From: Gammaproteobacteria bacterium
GTDB lineage: Bacteria > Pseudomonadota > Gammaproteobacteria > Ga0077536
Assembly: GCA_030833185.1 (NCBI GenBank)
Contig: JAURHQ010000003.1
Location: 2,078 to 66,077, forward strand
Direction of reading: 5' to 3'
Length of the DNA stretch: 64,000 nucleotides
Made by a program: the position numbers and the translations under genes. This document shows, piece by piece, positions 42,745 through 53,039 of the stretch; the stretch's first letter is position 1, and each line of letters begins with the position of its first letter. The notes beneath the pieces are model-generated. The model was given only the letters and a program-made list of their open reading frames with translations. It ran no database searches and was not told the origin of the DNA.

Positions 42745-44673
42745 ATGAATTCTCGCATACTGCCCCTCCTGCTCGCCCTCTTTGCTACCTGCGCGGTGGC
42801 GACGCCGCTCGACGAGCAGCGTTCGCGATTTCTGCGCGCCTACAGCGAAGCACAGTCGGGCGGGCCAGCGACTACCGCGCTTTCGCGTGGGCTCGAAAGC
42901 TATCCGCTGTATCCGTACCTTCGGTTCGAGACGCTTAAACGCGAACTGCCGAGCCTGCCGGTCGCGTCGGTCGAAGACTTCTTACGCGCGCAGCGAGGCA
43001 CCCCGCTCGCGGCGCGACTCCGTGAAGCCTGGCTGCGGGAACTGGGTCAGCAGCATCAGTGGGCGCTCTATGACCGCTTCTATGCGATGAGCGCCAAACC
43101 CGATCTGGCCTGCATCGCGCTGCGCGCCGAGCTGGAACTCGGCAAGCTCAAGACCTTGTCCGAAGCGGCCCGTGCCCTGTGGCTCACGCCGAAAGCAGCG
43201 TCGGAAGCCTGCTCGCCGGTATTTGACGCGCTCTACAGCAGCGGCGCCTTACCGGATGCGCTGGTCCGCGAGCGGGTGTGGCTTGCGCTACACGCCAAGC
43301 GCGACGACTTTGCCGCCTACCTGCTGCGCACCTACACCCGCGAACCCAAGCTGATGGTGAGCCTGCTGAACACGCTGAAAAAGCAGCCAGCACAGGCCGC
43401 CGACCTGCCTGCGTTGCGCAGCGATACGCGTCGCAATCGGGCTTTGGTCGGTTACGCCGTTACCCGGCTCGCGGGTCAGGACGTCAAAAAGGCGCAGCAA
43501 CTCTGGCAGTCCGTCAAAGGCCGCTACCGCTTCCACCCGGAAAGCCGCGCCACCCTCTTACGCACGCTGGCGTTGGCGGCCGTCACGCAAGACGTCCCCA
43601 ATCAGTTGAGCCTGCTCGACGCCGTGCCCGATACCGGCCCGGACGACTTGCTGGAGCGCGTGCGTCTGCGCGCCGCGCTGGAATCGCGAAGCTGGGACCG
43701 GATTCTCCGCTGGAGCGCCGACCCAAATCCGTTTCCGGGCAACCGCTTGAGGCTGGCGTACTGGCACGCGCGGGCGCTGGAAGAAAGCGGCCGCGCCGCG
43801 GAAGCCCGCAAGGCCTATGCCGCGCTGGCCACCGCGCGCGACTACTACGGTTTTTTAGCCAGTGACCGGATTAACACGCCCTACGCCCTGACGGGTCGTC
43901 CAATCGCCCCGAAACAGCGGGAGCTGAACGGCATCAAGGCGCTGGCCGGCCTTCACCGAGCGCGGGAATTTGAAGCCCTGGGTCTTAAAACCGAGGCTAA
44001 TCGGGAATGGTTGTGGACGCTCGAGCAACTCTCCCGCCGGGAAGTCGAGGTCGCCTGCCGCGTGGCCTACGAGTGGGGCTGGTATGACCGGGCCATTTTC
44101 GCGCTGGGCAAGATTGAGTCCTATGACGACACTGAAGTGCGCTTCCCCATCCGCTACAAGGAGACCGTGCTGGCGGCGGCCGCCGAACGCGAGATTTCGC
44201 CTGCGCGCGTGTTCGGCATTATCCGTGGCGAGAGCGCATTCGTGGTCACGGCCCGCTCGGGAGCGGGGGCACTTGGGCTGATGCAGTTAATGCCGGCCAC
44301 CGGCGCTGAAACTGCCCGCCGCACCGGCATTCCACTTGGCAAGCCGGAGGATTTATTAATCCCGGAAAAGAACATCCAATTGGGAAGCGCCTATCTGCGG
44401 CAGGTCATCCGGCAATTCAACGGCAACTTCGCGCTCGCTGCGGCGGCCTACAATGCAGGCCCGTCGCGCGTGAAATCGTGGCTGCCAAAACGGGAATGTG
44501 TGCCGGCCGACCTGTGGGTAGAAACGATTCCGTTCGCCGAAACCGAAGGCTATGTCCGACGCGCGCTGTTCTATGCGGCGATCTATGAGCACCATCTTGG
44601 TTTGCCGACCACCCGCCTGTCCTCACAGCTGGCGTGGCTGTCACCCGACGGCGCGCGACCGGACAAGTGCTAG
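42745..44673 (+). CDS. slt: soluble lytic murein transglycosylase
   Basis: Start moved to ATG 42745, which gives a signal peptide. Superhelical repeats and a C-terminal SLT domain (GESAF, GLMQLMPATG). Confidence 0.9.
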   Translation: MNSRILPLLLALFATCAVATPLDEQRSRFLRAYSEAQSGGPATTALSRGLESYPLYPYLRFETLKRELPSLPVASVEDFLRAQRGTPLAARLREAWLRELGQQHQWALYDRFYAMSAKPDLACIALRAELELGKLKTLSEAARALWLTPKAASEACSPVFDALYSSGALPDALVRERVWLALHAKRDDFAAYLLRTYTREPKLMVSLLNTLKKQPAQAADLPALRSDTRRNRALVGYAVTRLAGQDVKKAQQLWQSVKGRYRFHPESRATLLRTLALAAVTQDVPNQLSLLDAVPDTGPDDLLERVRLRAALESRSWDRILRWSADPNPFPGNRLRLAYWHARALEESGRAAEARKAYAALATARDYYGFLASDRINTPYALTGRPIAPKQRELNGIKALAGLHRAREFEALGLKTEANREWLWTLEQLSRREVEVACRVAYEWGWYDRAIFALGKIESYDDTEVRFPIRYKETVLAAAAEREISPARVFGIIRGESAFVVTARSGAGALGLMQLMPATGAETARRTGIPLGKPEDLLIPEKNIQLGSAYLRQVIRQFNGNFALAAAAYNAGPSRVKSWLPKRECVPADLWVETIPFAETEGYVRRALFYAAIYEHHLGLPTTRLSSQLAWLSPDGARPDKC

Positions 44674-44839
44674 CAGAGCCCGACGATCGGCGGCCATAGC
44701 GCATTGACCGCAAGGCGTGAACACTGGGAACGGGTAAAGATCCAGCGCCGTCCGTTCAGGCGGCATCCCAGCCAGATTGCTTCAGCGTTTTTGATACCTC
44801 GTTCGCCTGCGGGCGGCGGCCAACCCGGAGATTCGCGTC

Positions 44840-45793
44840 ATGCCTAAAGACACCATTACCCTGCTGGGCGGCAGCGGCTTTGTCGGACGTGCGCTCTGCG
44901 AGCGACTGGTGCGTGCCGGTTACGCCTTGCGCATTCTGACCCGCGCCCGACTCGCGGCACGGGACCTGTGGCTGCTCCCGGATACCACGGTCATTGCCGG
45001 CGATGTCTACGACGCCGATTTCCTGCGCAGCGCAGTCGCCGGTGCCAGCGCCGTCATCAATCTGGTCGGCATCCTGAATGAGCGCGGCGACGATGGGCGC
45101 GGTTTCGAGCGCGCCCATGTGGATTTGACCCGCATCGTACTCGCCGCCTGCGCTGCCAGCGGCGTGACCCGCTACCTGCATATGAGCGCGTTGAACGCCG
45201 CGGCCGATGCGCCGAGTTACTACCTGCGCAGCAAAGCGGCCGCCGAGACGCTGGTTGCGGCCAGCGGTCTGAACACCACCATTTTTCGCCCTTCCGTCAT
45301 TTTTGGGCCGGGCGACGGGCTTTTTGTGCGTTTTGATCAGCTCACCGCGCTGGCGCCGGTATTACCGCTGGCCTGCGCTGCCGCGCGTTTTCAACCGGTT
45401 TATGTCGGTGATGTGGCGGATGCCTTTGTTCACGCACTCGGCAACAAAGCGACTGTGGGCAAGCGTTACGACCTCGGCGGTCCAAGCGTGATGAGTCTGC
45501 AAGAGATTGTGGCCTACACGCTTCGTCAGCGCGGTCGTTGCCGGCTGGTGTTGCCGCTGGGACCAGGCCTGTCGCGGGTGATGGCGGAAATCATGGAACA
45601 CCTGCCCGGCAAGCCGTTTTCTCGCGACAACCTGCGCTCAGCCAGCCTGAACAGCGTGCTTGCTGCAGGCCATGACGGGCTCGCCGAACTTCATATTCCC
45701 AAGACATCCGTTGCGGCCATCGTGCCCGCTTACCTCGGCCAGCGCGGGGTACTCGCGCGCTATGACCGCCTGCGCGAACACGCTGGCCGCTAA
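44840..45793 (+). CDS. NAD(P)-binding atypical SDR, NDUFA9-like
   Basis: Rossmann motif LLGGSGFVGRAL, YxxxK context YYLRSK, and RPSVIFGPGD. Confidence 0.7.
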   Translation: MPKDTITLLGGSGFVGRALCERLVRAGYALRILTRARLAARDLWLLPDTTVIAGDVYDADFLRSAVAGASAVINLVGILNERGDDGRGFERAHVDLTRIVLAACAASGVTRYLHMSALNAAADAPSYYLRSKAAAETLVAASGLNTTIFRPSVIFGPGDGLFVRFDQLTALAPVLPLACAAARFQPVYVGDVADAFVHALGNKATVGKRYDLGGPSVMSLQEIVAYTLRQRGRCRLVLPLGPGLSRVMAEIMEHLPGKPFSRDNLRSASLNSVLAAGHDGLAELHIPKTSVAAIVPAYLGQRGVLARYDRLREHAGR

Positions 45794-45820
45794 GGGCTTT
45801 GCGCGCAGGACTGGGCGCTG

Positions 45821-47032
45821 ATGAACATCTACAAGGTCGGCGGCGCGGTGCGTGATCGTTTGCTGGGCAGGGCCGTCAAGGATTGCGACTGGGTGGTGGT
45901 GGGCGGCAGCGCAGAGGCGCTGCTCGCAGCGGGCTATCGTCAGGTCGGGCAGGATTTTCCAGTGTTTCTGCATCCGCAGACGCAGGAGGAGTACGCCCTG
46001 GCCCGCACCGAGCGTAAACGGGGCACAGGCTATCGTGGCTTTGACGTAGATGCCTCTGCGGCGGTCACGCTGGAAGAAGATCTGGCACGCCGCGATTTGA
46101 CCATCAACGCAATGGCGGAAGATGCGCGCGGCGCAATCATCGACCCCTACGGCGGCCAGGCCGATTTGGCCGCCGGCATCCTGCGCCATGTGACCGCGGC
46201 GTTCGTCGAAGATCCCCTGCGGGTGCTGCGGGTGGCGCGCTTCGCGGCCCGCTTCGGCTTTCCGGTCGCGCCCGACACCATGACGCTGATGCGCACGCTC
46301 TCGGCCAGCGGCGAACTGGCCACGCTGCCGCCTGAGCGGCTATGGCGCGAACTGGAGCGGGCGCTGACCGAGCCCTTTCCCTGGCGCTTCGTGGAAGTGC
46401 TGCGTGAATGCGGCGCGCTGGCCGCCCTGCTGCCAGAGATCGATGCCCTGTTCGGTGTACCGCAACCGCCGCAGCATCACCCGGAAATCGACTGCGGCGA
46501 GCATCTCCTGCTCACGCTCCGGCAGGCGGCGCGACTCGGCGCGTCGCCGGCCGTGTGTTACGCCGTGCTGCTGCACGATCTGGGCAAAGCCGAGACGCCC
46601 GCCGAATATCTGCCGGGCCACCGCGGTCATCACGAAGCCAGCGCCCGCTTGGCCGAAGCAGTCTCGCGTCGGCTACGCGCGCCGCAGGCGTTTCGCGAAC
46701 TGGCCGTGCTGGTCGCCCGCCATCACGTGACGGTGCATCAAGCACTGGCATTACGTCCGGGGACGCTGGTCGACTTGCTGGAGAAACTGGACGCTTTCCG
46801 GCGCCCGGAGCGCTTCGAGGAGGTGCTGCTGGCCTGCCTGATTGATGCCACCGGCCGCGGCGGCAAGGCGGACAGCCCCTACCCGCAGGCCGAGCGCCTG
46901 CGTCAGGCGTTTGCGGTGCTGCGCGCGCAGGATTTGCAAGCCGTCATCGCAGCGGCAGGCGGCGGCGCGGCCGTCAAGGAAGCTATCCGCGCGGCGCGCA
47001 TCACGCGGCTACAGGAACTCCCTAGCCCTTAG
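45821..47032 (+). CDS. cca: CCA-adding tRNA nucleotidyltransferase with HD domain
   Basis: YKVGGAVRD N-terminus; HD region LLHDLGK. Confidence 0.93.
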   Translation: MNIYKVGGAVRDRLLGRAVKDCDWVVVGGSAEALLAAGYRQVGQDFPVFLHPQTQEEYALARTERKRGTGYRGFDVDASAAVTLEEDLARRDLTINAMAEDARGAIIDPYGGQADLAAGILRHVTAAFVEDPLRVLRVARFAARFGFPVAPDTMTLMRTLSASGELATLPPERLWRELERALTEPFPWRFVEVLRECGALAALLPEIDALFGVPQPPQHHPEIDCGEHLLLTLRQAARLGASPAVCYAVLLHDLGKAETPAEYLPGHRGHHEASARLAEAVSRRLRAPQAFRELAVLVARHHVTVHQALALRPGTLVDLLEKLDAFRRPERFEEVLLACLIDATGRGGKADSPYPQAERLRQAFAVLRAQDLQAVIAAAGGGAAVKEAIRAARITRLQELPSP

Positions 47033-47645
47033 GCTTCGCGCCCCACAGTTCCTCCAGCCGCTCGTCCCGGCCGCAACCGTGCCGGTAGTACTTGTAGCGC
47101 AGCGGATTGTGCTTGTAGTAGTCCTGATGATAGTCCTCGGCCGGATAGAAGGCCGTGGCCGGCACAATCGAGGTCACCACGCCGGTCTTGAAACGCCCCG
47201 AAGCCACCAAGGCCTGCTTGCTGGCCTCGGCCGCTGCACGCTGCGCGTCGTCGCGATAGAAAATGGCCGAGCGGTACTGCGTTCCCTTGTCGCAGAACTG
47301 CTGGTCAGGCGTCAGCGGATCGATGTTGTGCCAGAACACCTCGAGCAGTTTTTCGAAGCTGACTTTCGCGGGGTCGTACACAATACGCACCGCTTCCGCA
47401 TGCCCGGTTGTGCCGCTGGAAACTTCCTCGTAGCTCGGCTGTTGCGTCCTGCCTCCGGTATAACCGGAGATCACCGCAAGCACCCCCGGCAAGGCCTCGA
47501 AGGGCGGTTCCATGCACCAGAAGCAACCGCCCGCGAAAATGGCTTCGGCCTGTCCGGCAACCGCCGGGTGGGGCGCAGTCGGTTCGGCAATCGCTGGTCG
47601 CAACAGTGCCAGCAGCCCAAACAGCACGAAAATCAGTCGCGTCAT
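47022..47645 (-). CDS. msrA: peptide methionine (S)-sulfoxide reductase, exported form
   Basis: GGCFWC active site preceded by a signal-peptide-like segment, MTRLIFVLFGLLALLRPAIA. Confidence 0.9.
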   Translation of the reverse strand: MTRLIFVLFGLLALLRPAIAEPTAPHPAVAGQAEAIFAGGCFWCMEPPFEALPGVLAVISGYTGGRTQQPSYEEVSSGTTGHAEAVRIVYDPAKVSFEKLLEVFWHNIDPLTPDQQFCDKGTQYRSAIFYRDDAQRAAAEASKQALVASGRFKTGVVTSIVPATAFYPAEDYHQDYYKHNPLRYKYYRHGCGRDERLEELWGAKPKG

Positions 47646-47688
47646 GTGATGTTCTCCGGTAGAGATTCAAGCGTAATACTCGGAGCGC

Positions 47689-48861
47689 TCAAAGCTGGTG
47701 CCGCTCATCGCGCAGCGCAAAATTCGTCAGCCCCGTGACGTCGCCAATGCCGAGCGCCATCGCTTTGAAGCTGGTGCCCATTTCGCTTGGGAGCAGCAGC
47801 ATACGGGCCTGCGCCGCGAGCCGCATGGCGCTTGCCGGATCGGCCGCCATCGCGGCCTGCAGGTGCGACTCGATGCCATTCGCCAGCAGAAAACTGGCCT
47901 GCGTGGCATAGCCCGCCAGTTGCAGGCCAGCATCAATCGCCGCCTCGGCCACATGGGTGAAATCGACAGAGGCGGTGATGTCCTGCAAGCCAGGTAGCCA
48001 GAGCGGGTCGGCGTGCAGGCGGTGGCGCCAGTAGCAGCGCAGCGTGCCGTCATGGCGATCGGGGTGATAAATCTCCCGCCGCGGACCGCCGTAATCAAAC
48101 AGCAAGGCCACGCCACGGTCGATGAAGCGCGGTAGATCTGCCACCCACAGGCTTTGCTGCAGATTGATTTCGGCGTGGTAGCCGGGCGTGAGCGAGAACC
48201 CGGCCAGACGCTCGGCCAGAGCCGCGGCCAGTCGCCCGCCGGCAGGCCGCGCCTGCCAGCGCAAGGCGCCGTTGTCGTCGACCCCGATGCCGCGCTCCAG
48301 AAATCCAGCGTCACCGCGCTCAAAGGCGGCGGTTGGCAAAGCATCCAGAATCTCGTTGGCGAGGATGATGCCGCGCGCGGGCGTGGTCGGGGCGTCGCTG
48401 ATCCAGTCAATTTCAAGTTCGTTTGCGAATGGCAGCGCCTGAAGTAAGTGCCGTTGGGTTTCGCGCAGGTCGGGGCTTAATTCCAGCATCAGGTAACGCG
48501 CCGGGAGCGCGTTAAGCTCGGCCAGTGCTGTCAGCACACTGGCGGCCAGCTTGCCGGTGCCGCCGCCGAACTCGATGATTGTGTCGCCATAGGCCTGCGC
48601 CTGCAGACACTGGCGCGCAACGGCCTGCCCGAATAAGGGGGAGATTTCCGGCGCGGTGACGAAGTCGCCCGCCGCCCCGAATTTGCGGCTACCGTTCAGA
48701 TAATAGCCAAGCCCTGGCGCAAACAAGGCCTCGGCCATGAAGGCCTCGAAGGGCAGGAAACCCTGCGCCGCTGCGACCGCGATTTTTATGCGCTCGCTCA
48801 GCGCCGCGCTGACGGCTAACTCCGCGGGGGAGGGATCGGGTAATCTCGACGGCACGTCCAC
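47689..48861 (-). CDS. SAM-dependent methyltransferase, MidA/NDUFAF7 (DUF185) family
   Basis: GDFVTAPEISPLFGQAVA and IIEFGGGTGKLA blocks. Confidence 0.75.
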   Translation of the reverse strand: MDVPSRLPDPSPAELAVSAALSERIKIAVAAAQGFLPFEAFMAEALFAPGLGYYLNGSRKFGAAGDFVTAPEISPLFGQAVARQCLQAQAYGDTIIEFGGGTGKLAASVLTALAELNALPARYLMLELSPDLRETQRHLLQALPFANELEIDWISDAPTTPARGIILANEILDALPTAAFERGDAGFLERGIGVDDNGALRWQARPAGGRLAAALAERLAGFSLTPGYHAEINLQQSLWVADLPRFIDRGVALLFDYGGPRREIYHPDRHDGTLRCYWRHRLHADPLWLPGLQDITASVDFTHVAEAAIDAGLQLAGYATQASFLLANGIESHLQAAMAADPASAMRLAAQARMLLLPSEMGTSFKAMALGIGDVTGLTNFALRDERHQL

Positions 48862-48910
48862 TTAAGCGGTGTCCTTGGCCCAGTCCGGGCGTCGCATCGT
48901 ATCTGCCACT

Positions 48911-49636
48911 ATGAATGAAGTCATGCTTGTTACCGGCGGCGCCCAGCGACTCGGGGCCGCCATTGTTCGCCACCTGCACAGCGCTGGGTATCGCGTGATC
49001 GTGCACTGTCACCGCTCGCAGGAAACCGCCCACGCGCTGGCCGAAAGCTTGAACGCGACGCGCGCCGACAGCGCCATCACGCTGACAGCGGATTTGGGCG
49101 AGCCTGCTGCCTTGACCGCACTGGTCGCCGCCGCCGCCGACCGCTGGGGACGTCTTGACGGGCTAATCAACAATGCAGCGGTTTTTCGGTCGACCACGCT
49201 GACCGAGACCTCGCTGCTCGACTGGTCGGCGCTGATGGACATCAACCTGCGCGCCCCGTTTCTACTAAGTCAGGCGGCTTATCCGTGGCTTGCCGCCAAT
49301 GGCGGCAGCATCGTCAACATCACCGACATCTACGCGGAGCGTCCCAAAGCCAACCATGCGGTGTACTGCGCCAGCAAAGCCGGACTGGCCGGGCTGACCC
49401 GGGCGCTGGCGCGGGATTTGGGGCCAACCGTGCGCGTGAACGGCGTGGCGCCCGGCGCAATCCTGTGGCCGGAAATCGGGGATTCCGCCGAACAAACCCG
49501 CCTGCTGAACCGCACGCCGCTGGCGCGGCCCGGCGATCCTGCCGACATTGCGGGCGCCGTGCTGTATCTCGTGCAGGCGCCCTATGTCACCGGCCAAATC
49601 GTGGCAGTCGACGGTGGCCGCAGCGTGGTGGACTAG
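48911..49636 (+). CDS. short-chain dehydrogenase, FolM/pteridine-reductase-like
   Basis: Start moved to ATG 48911. TGGAQRLG (the TGxxxRxG variant typical of FolM/PTR1) and YCASK. Lies next to folK and folB. Confidence 0.65.
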   Translation: MNEVMLVTGGAQRLGAAIVRHLHSAGYRVIVHCHRSQETAHALAESLNATRADSAITLTADLGEPAALTALVAAAADRWGRLDGLINNAAVFRSTTLTETSLLDWSALMDINLRAPFLLSQAAYPWLAANGGSIVNITDIYAERPKANHAVYCASKAGLAGLTRALARDLGPTVRVNGVAPGAILWPEIGDSAEQTRLLNRTPLARPGDPADIAGAVLYLVQAPYVTGQIVAVDGGRSVVD

Positions 49637-49646
49637 CGCGCGCCGG

Positions 49647-50102
49647 CTAGCGGGTCGTCGCGTCGAAATCTGGAAAGGGACTGCCCAGATACCAATGGCT
49701 CTCTTTCTCGTCATACCACCAGAACTGGTCGTCGCGTAAGGACGAAACCGCGCCGGTTTCCTTGCTGTAAGCGCTGATGTGCGCCACCAGCCGCGCTTCA
49801 TCGCCCGCCTTGTTCCGCACCAGATCGCTCACATCGTAGGCGGCCACTTTCCACGCCTCATAGCGGATGAGCGCGGGTTTTCGCAGTTCCTCGTCTCGCC
49901 CTTTCATGTACTTCGCGGCCTCCTCGAAGTAGCTCCAGCGCATCAGTTTTCGATAGGCCTCGGTAGTGCGTTCCAGCGCCAGATCGCGCGCTTTCAGCGC
50001 CTTGGTCTGATTGGAGGAGCAGGCCGTAAGGCTAAGCCCAAGCACGCCAGAGAGCAGGACAAGGCCCAGCATCCGGCGCCAGCGCAGATAAACATCAGGC
50101 AT
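49647..50102 (-). CDS. lipoprotein of unknown function
   Basis: Start ATG 50102 overlaps the folK stop by 8 nt. Lipobox LSLTAC in MPDVYLRWRRMLGLVLLSGVLGLSLTACSS. Confidence 0.65.
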   Translation of the reverse strand: MPDVYLRWRRMLGLVLLSGVLGLSLTACSSNQTKALKARDLALERTTEAYRKLMRWSYFEEAAKYMKGRDEELRKPALIRYEAWKVAAYDVSDLVRNKAGDEARLVAHISAYSKETGAVSSLRDDQFWWYDEKESHWYLGSPFPDFDATTR

Positions 50103-50625
50103 CGTGCCCTCCCGGCGCGCTGCAAGCTGCGCCATCCAGATTAAGCGGGAATTCGCGTAGCGGCCCGGTGCTGGTCTGCATGGCGGCCCAAAGTTCAGCA
50201 TAGGTCTGGCCTGCCACCGGATGCCGCTCCAAACCCGCCAGTTCGGCCAGCGGCCCCAGCACGAAGTTGTATTCCAGAATGTCTGCTCGCGGCAGCACCG
50301 GTTCGGGCGCGCTGCTCACGGTGTTGCCGTAGGTGAGAAGGTCGAGATCGAGAGTGCGGGGCGCGAAACGGGGGCCGCCTCGCACACGGCCTTCGGCGGA
50401 TTCAATCTCGCGCAGAAAGGCCATGACGGTCGCAATGGGCTCGTCGGTCTCAATGCCCAGCACCAGATTGAGAAAATCTTCGCCTGCAAAACCCGCCGCA
50501 GGCGTCTGGTAAGTACGCGATACCTGCACCGGCCCGTAGCGTTTTGCCAGCGCCCTTAGCGCGCCCTGAATGTGGCGGACGGGCTCGACGTTGCTGCCCA
50601 CGCTAATGTAGGCGCGTGTTTTCAC
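50095..50625 (-). CDS. folK: 6-hydroxymethyl-7,8-dihydropterin pyrophosphokinase
   Basis: 176 aa; AYISVGSN N-terminus; RTLDLDLL block. Confidence 0.9.
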   Translation of the reverse strand: MKTRAYISVGSNVEPVRHIQGALRALAKRYGPVQVSRTYQTPAAGFAGEDFLNLVLGIETDEPIATVMAFLREIESAEGRVRGGPRFAPRTLDLDLLTYGNTVSSAPEPVLPRADILEYNFVLGPLAELAGLERHPVAGQTYAELWAAMQTSTGPLREFPLNLDGAACSAPGGHDA

Positions 50626-50984
50626 GCCGGGCGGGTGCGTTCAATCTGCACGCCAACATCGCGCACCTGACGCACCGCTGACTTCTTGTTGATCCGGATT
50701 TTGACCCACAGCACGCCGAATTCAGCGAACAAGGTGTCGGCAATGGTCTGGGCCAGGCGTTCGACCAGCAGAAAACCTCCCTCCTCGGCCAGCCGCATCA
50801 CGCGCTTGGTGACAGCCTTGTAATCGACGGTGTCGTCGATCGAATCGCTGCGCGCCGCCGGGCGAATATCGGTACCGAGGTCGAGATCGATTTCCAGCGT
50901 CTGACGGAACTGGCGCTCCCAGTCCCAGATGCCGATCACCGCATCAACGCGCAAGCCGTGAAGAAAGACGATATCCATTGCCAT
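50622..50984 (-). CDS. folB: dihydroneopterin aldolase
   Basis: 120 aa; DIVFLHGLRVDAVIGIWDWER; overlaps the folK start. Confidence 0.9.
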   Translation of the reverse strand: MAMDIVFLHGLRVDAVIGIWDWERQFRQTLEIDLDLGTDIRPAARSDSIDDTVDYKAVTKRVMRLAEEGGFLLVERLAQTIADTLFAEFGVLWVKIRINKKSAVRQVRDVGVQIERTRPA

Positions 50985-51074
50985 CGTATGCGCCGCCGTG
51001 ATTGGCCTTTTATTGGAGCCGCAGTATAAAGCCTAACCTGTCTCACGCCGGCCTCCGCCGGACGGAAAGTTCGG

Positions 51075-51665
51075 ATGTTCTATGCGCTAGCTCTGGTCTT
51101 GGTGAGTTACCTGCTGGGTTCGGTGTCGGCGGCAGTGGTGGTGTGCAAGCTGCTGGGCAAAAATGACCCGCGGGAATCTGGGTCCGGCAACCCGGGCGCA
51201 ACCAACGTGCTACGCCTGCATGGCAAAGGCCCGGCCATCGCCACCCTGCTAGGAGACATTGGTAAAGGGGTGGTGCCGGTGTTGGTGGCTCACTGGCTGG
51301 ACCTTGGACCGCTAGTCATTGGCGCCTGCGCCTGCGCGGCGTTCCTCGGTCATCTTTTTCCGATCTTCTTTGGTTTTCGGGGCGGCAAAGGCGTGGCGAC
51401 TTTCGTCGGCGTCTTGTTGGCCATTTCACCGGTGTTGGGACTTTGCTTTGTGGGCCTGTGGCTGCTGGTGGCGGCAATCACCCGCTACTCCTCGCTGGCC
51501 GCCCTCACCGCGACCGCCGCCATGCCGCTGGTCGGCCTGTCTCTAGACGCGCCCTGGCCCTATGTCGCCGCGATGACGGTGATGGGCAGCGCTATCTTCT
51601 ACCGGCATCAGGCCAATATCTCGCGCCTGCTGGCGGGCACCGAAGGGCGCATCGGGAAACGCTAG
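51075..51665 (+). CDS. plsY: glycerol-3-phosphate acyltransferase PlsY
   Basis: 196 aa membrane protein; GSGNPGATN motif. Confidence 0.93.
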   Translation: MFYALALVLVSYLLGSVSAAVVVCKLLGKNDPRESGSGNPGATNVLRLHGKGPAIATLLGDIGKGVVPVLVAHWLDLGPLVIGACACAAFLGHLFPIFFGFRGGKGVATFVGVLLAISPVLGLCFVGLWLLVAAITRYSSLAALTATAAMPLVGLSLDAPWPYVAAMTVMGSAIFYRHQANISRLLAGTEGRIGKR

Positions 51666-52726
51666 CCCGCTCCGGGCGGGGCCAGTTCTTCGAGCGACCA
51701 GCGCGGCCGGACGCTGAAAGACGGGCCGTTCCGCGCGCCGGCGGCCAGCCGCAGACAGCCCGCGTAGGCGACCATGGCGCCGTTGTCGGTGCAGAACGCC
51801 AGCGCGGGATAGCGCACAGCGACCTTCATCTCCTCGCCCAGCTCGCCCAACGCGAGCCGCAGGGCGCGATTGGCACTGACACCACCCGCCACCAGCAGGG
51901 TTCGCCGCCCGGTCTGCTTCAAGGCGCGGCGGCACTTGATGACAAAGGTATCGACCACGGCATCCGAGAAAGCTCTGGCGATGTCGGCGGCTGCTGCGGG
52001 GTCAGCCGCATGCTGGCGCGCGGTCGTGGCGGTAAAGGTTTTTAAACCGCTAAAGCTGAAATCAAGCCCGGGACGGTCGGTCATCGGCCGCGGAAACCGG
52101 AAACGGCTCGGGTTGCCGTGCGCGGCCAGGGCCTCGACCGCCGGCCCACCGGGGTAGCCGAGGCCTAGCAGCTTCGCTGTCTTATCGAAAGCCTCACCGG
52201 CGGCATCGTCCAAGGACTCCCCCAGCACCCGATAGCGGCCAAGCCCCTCGACGTCTACCAACATGGTGTGCCCGCCGGAGACCAGCAGCGCGAGGAACGG
52301 AAAGTCCGGCGGATCGGGCTCGAGCATCGGTGCCAACAGATGCGCTTCCATGTGATGCACACCCACGGCCGGGATGTCGAGACCAAAGGCGAGCGCCTGC
52401 GCCACCCCCGCCCCGACCAGCAATGCGCCGATCAGGCCCGGGCCCGCGGTGTAGGCAATTCCGTCGAGCTCGGATAACTGCCGGCCGGCGCTGGCTAGCA
52501 CTGCGCGGGTTAGTGGCAACACTCGCCGCACGTGGTCGCGGGACGCAAGTTCGGGCACGACCCCACCGTACACACGGTGCATCTCAATCTGGGTAAAAAT
52601 CTCGTGGGCCAGCAAGCCCTCGCGTCGGTCGTATAGCGCGACCCCGGTTTCGTCGCACGAACTTTCGATCCCGAGCACCAGCAAGGGTGCGTCGGGCGGG
52701 GTCAGGGCAGATATTGCGATAGACAT
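51662..52726 (-). CDS. tsaD: tRNA t6A37 threonylcarbamoyltransferase
   Basis: [11 protein letters not shown] block. Divergent from rpsU, as in E. coli. About 15 extra N-terminal residues leave the start uncertain. Its stop overlaps the plsY stop in the palindrome CTAG. Confidence 0.92.
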   Translation of the reverse strand: MSIAISALTPPDAPLLVLGIESSCDETGVALYDRREGLLAHEIFTQIEMHRVYGGVVPELASRDHVRRVLPLTRAVLASAGRQLSELDGIAYTAGPGLIGALLVGAGVAQALAFGLDIPAVGVHHMEAHLLAPMLEPDPPDFPFLALLVSGGHTMLVDVEGLGRYRVLGESLDDAAGEAFDKTAKLLGLGYPGGPAVEALAAHGNPSRFRFPRPMTDRPGLDFSFSGLKTFTATTARQHAADPAAAADIARAFSDAVVDTFVIKCRRALKQTGRRTLLVAGGVSANRALRLALGELGEEMKVAVRYPALAFCTDNGAMVAYAGCLRLAAGARNGPSFSVRPRWSLEELAPPGAG

Positions 52727-52798
52727 TCTGGATTGCGCTCGTTAGGATTTACGCCCTCGAGAAATAGCCTAACGCCCAAACGCCGAGAAGTCGCCCGT

Positions 52799-53014
52799 AT
52801 GCCATCAGTCCGAGTCCGCGAAAACGAACCTTTTGACGTGGCCATGCGCCGCTTCAAGCGCTCTTGCGAGAAAGCCGGCGTCCTCGCCGAAGTCCACAAG
52901 CGCGAGTTCTACGAAAAGCCCACGCAGGAACGCAAGCGCAAAGCCGCTGCCGCCGTGAAGCGCTGGCAAAAGAAAGCCGCGCGCCAGAACGCCCGCCGCA
53001 TCCGCCTGTACTAA
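52799..53014 (+). CDS. rpsU: 30S ribosomal protein S21
   Basis: Start moved to ATG 52799 ([27 protein letters not shown]); 71 aa. Confidence 0.96.
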   Translation: MPSVRVRENEPFDVAMRRFKRSCEKAGVLAEVHKREFYEKPTQERKRKAAAAVKRWQKKAARQNARRIRLY

Positions 53015-53039
53015 GCGCCGCGTTCAGGGCCCAGAGCCC

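Noticed and set aside
41930-42748. 272-aa plus-strand ORF
   Set aside because: It is antisense to the nitroreductase gene and has shadow-frame composition.
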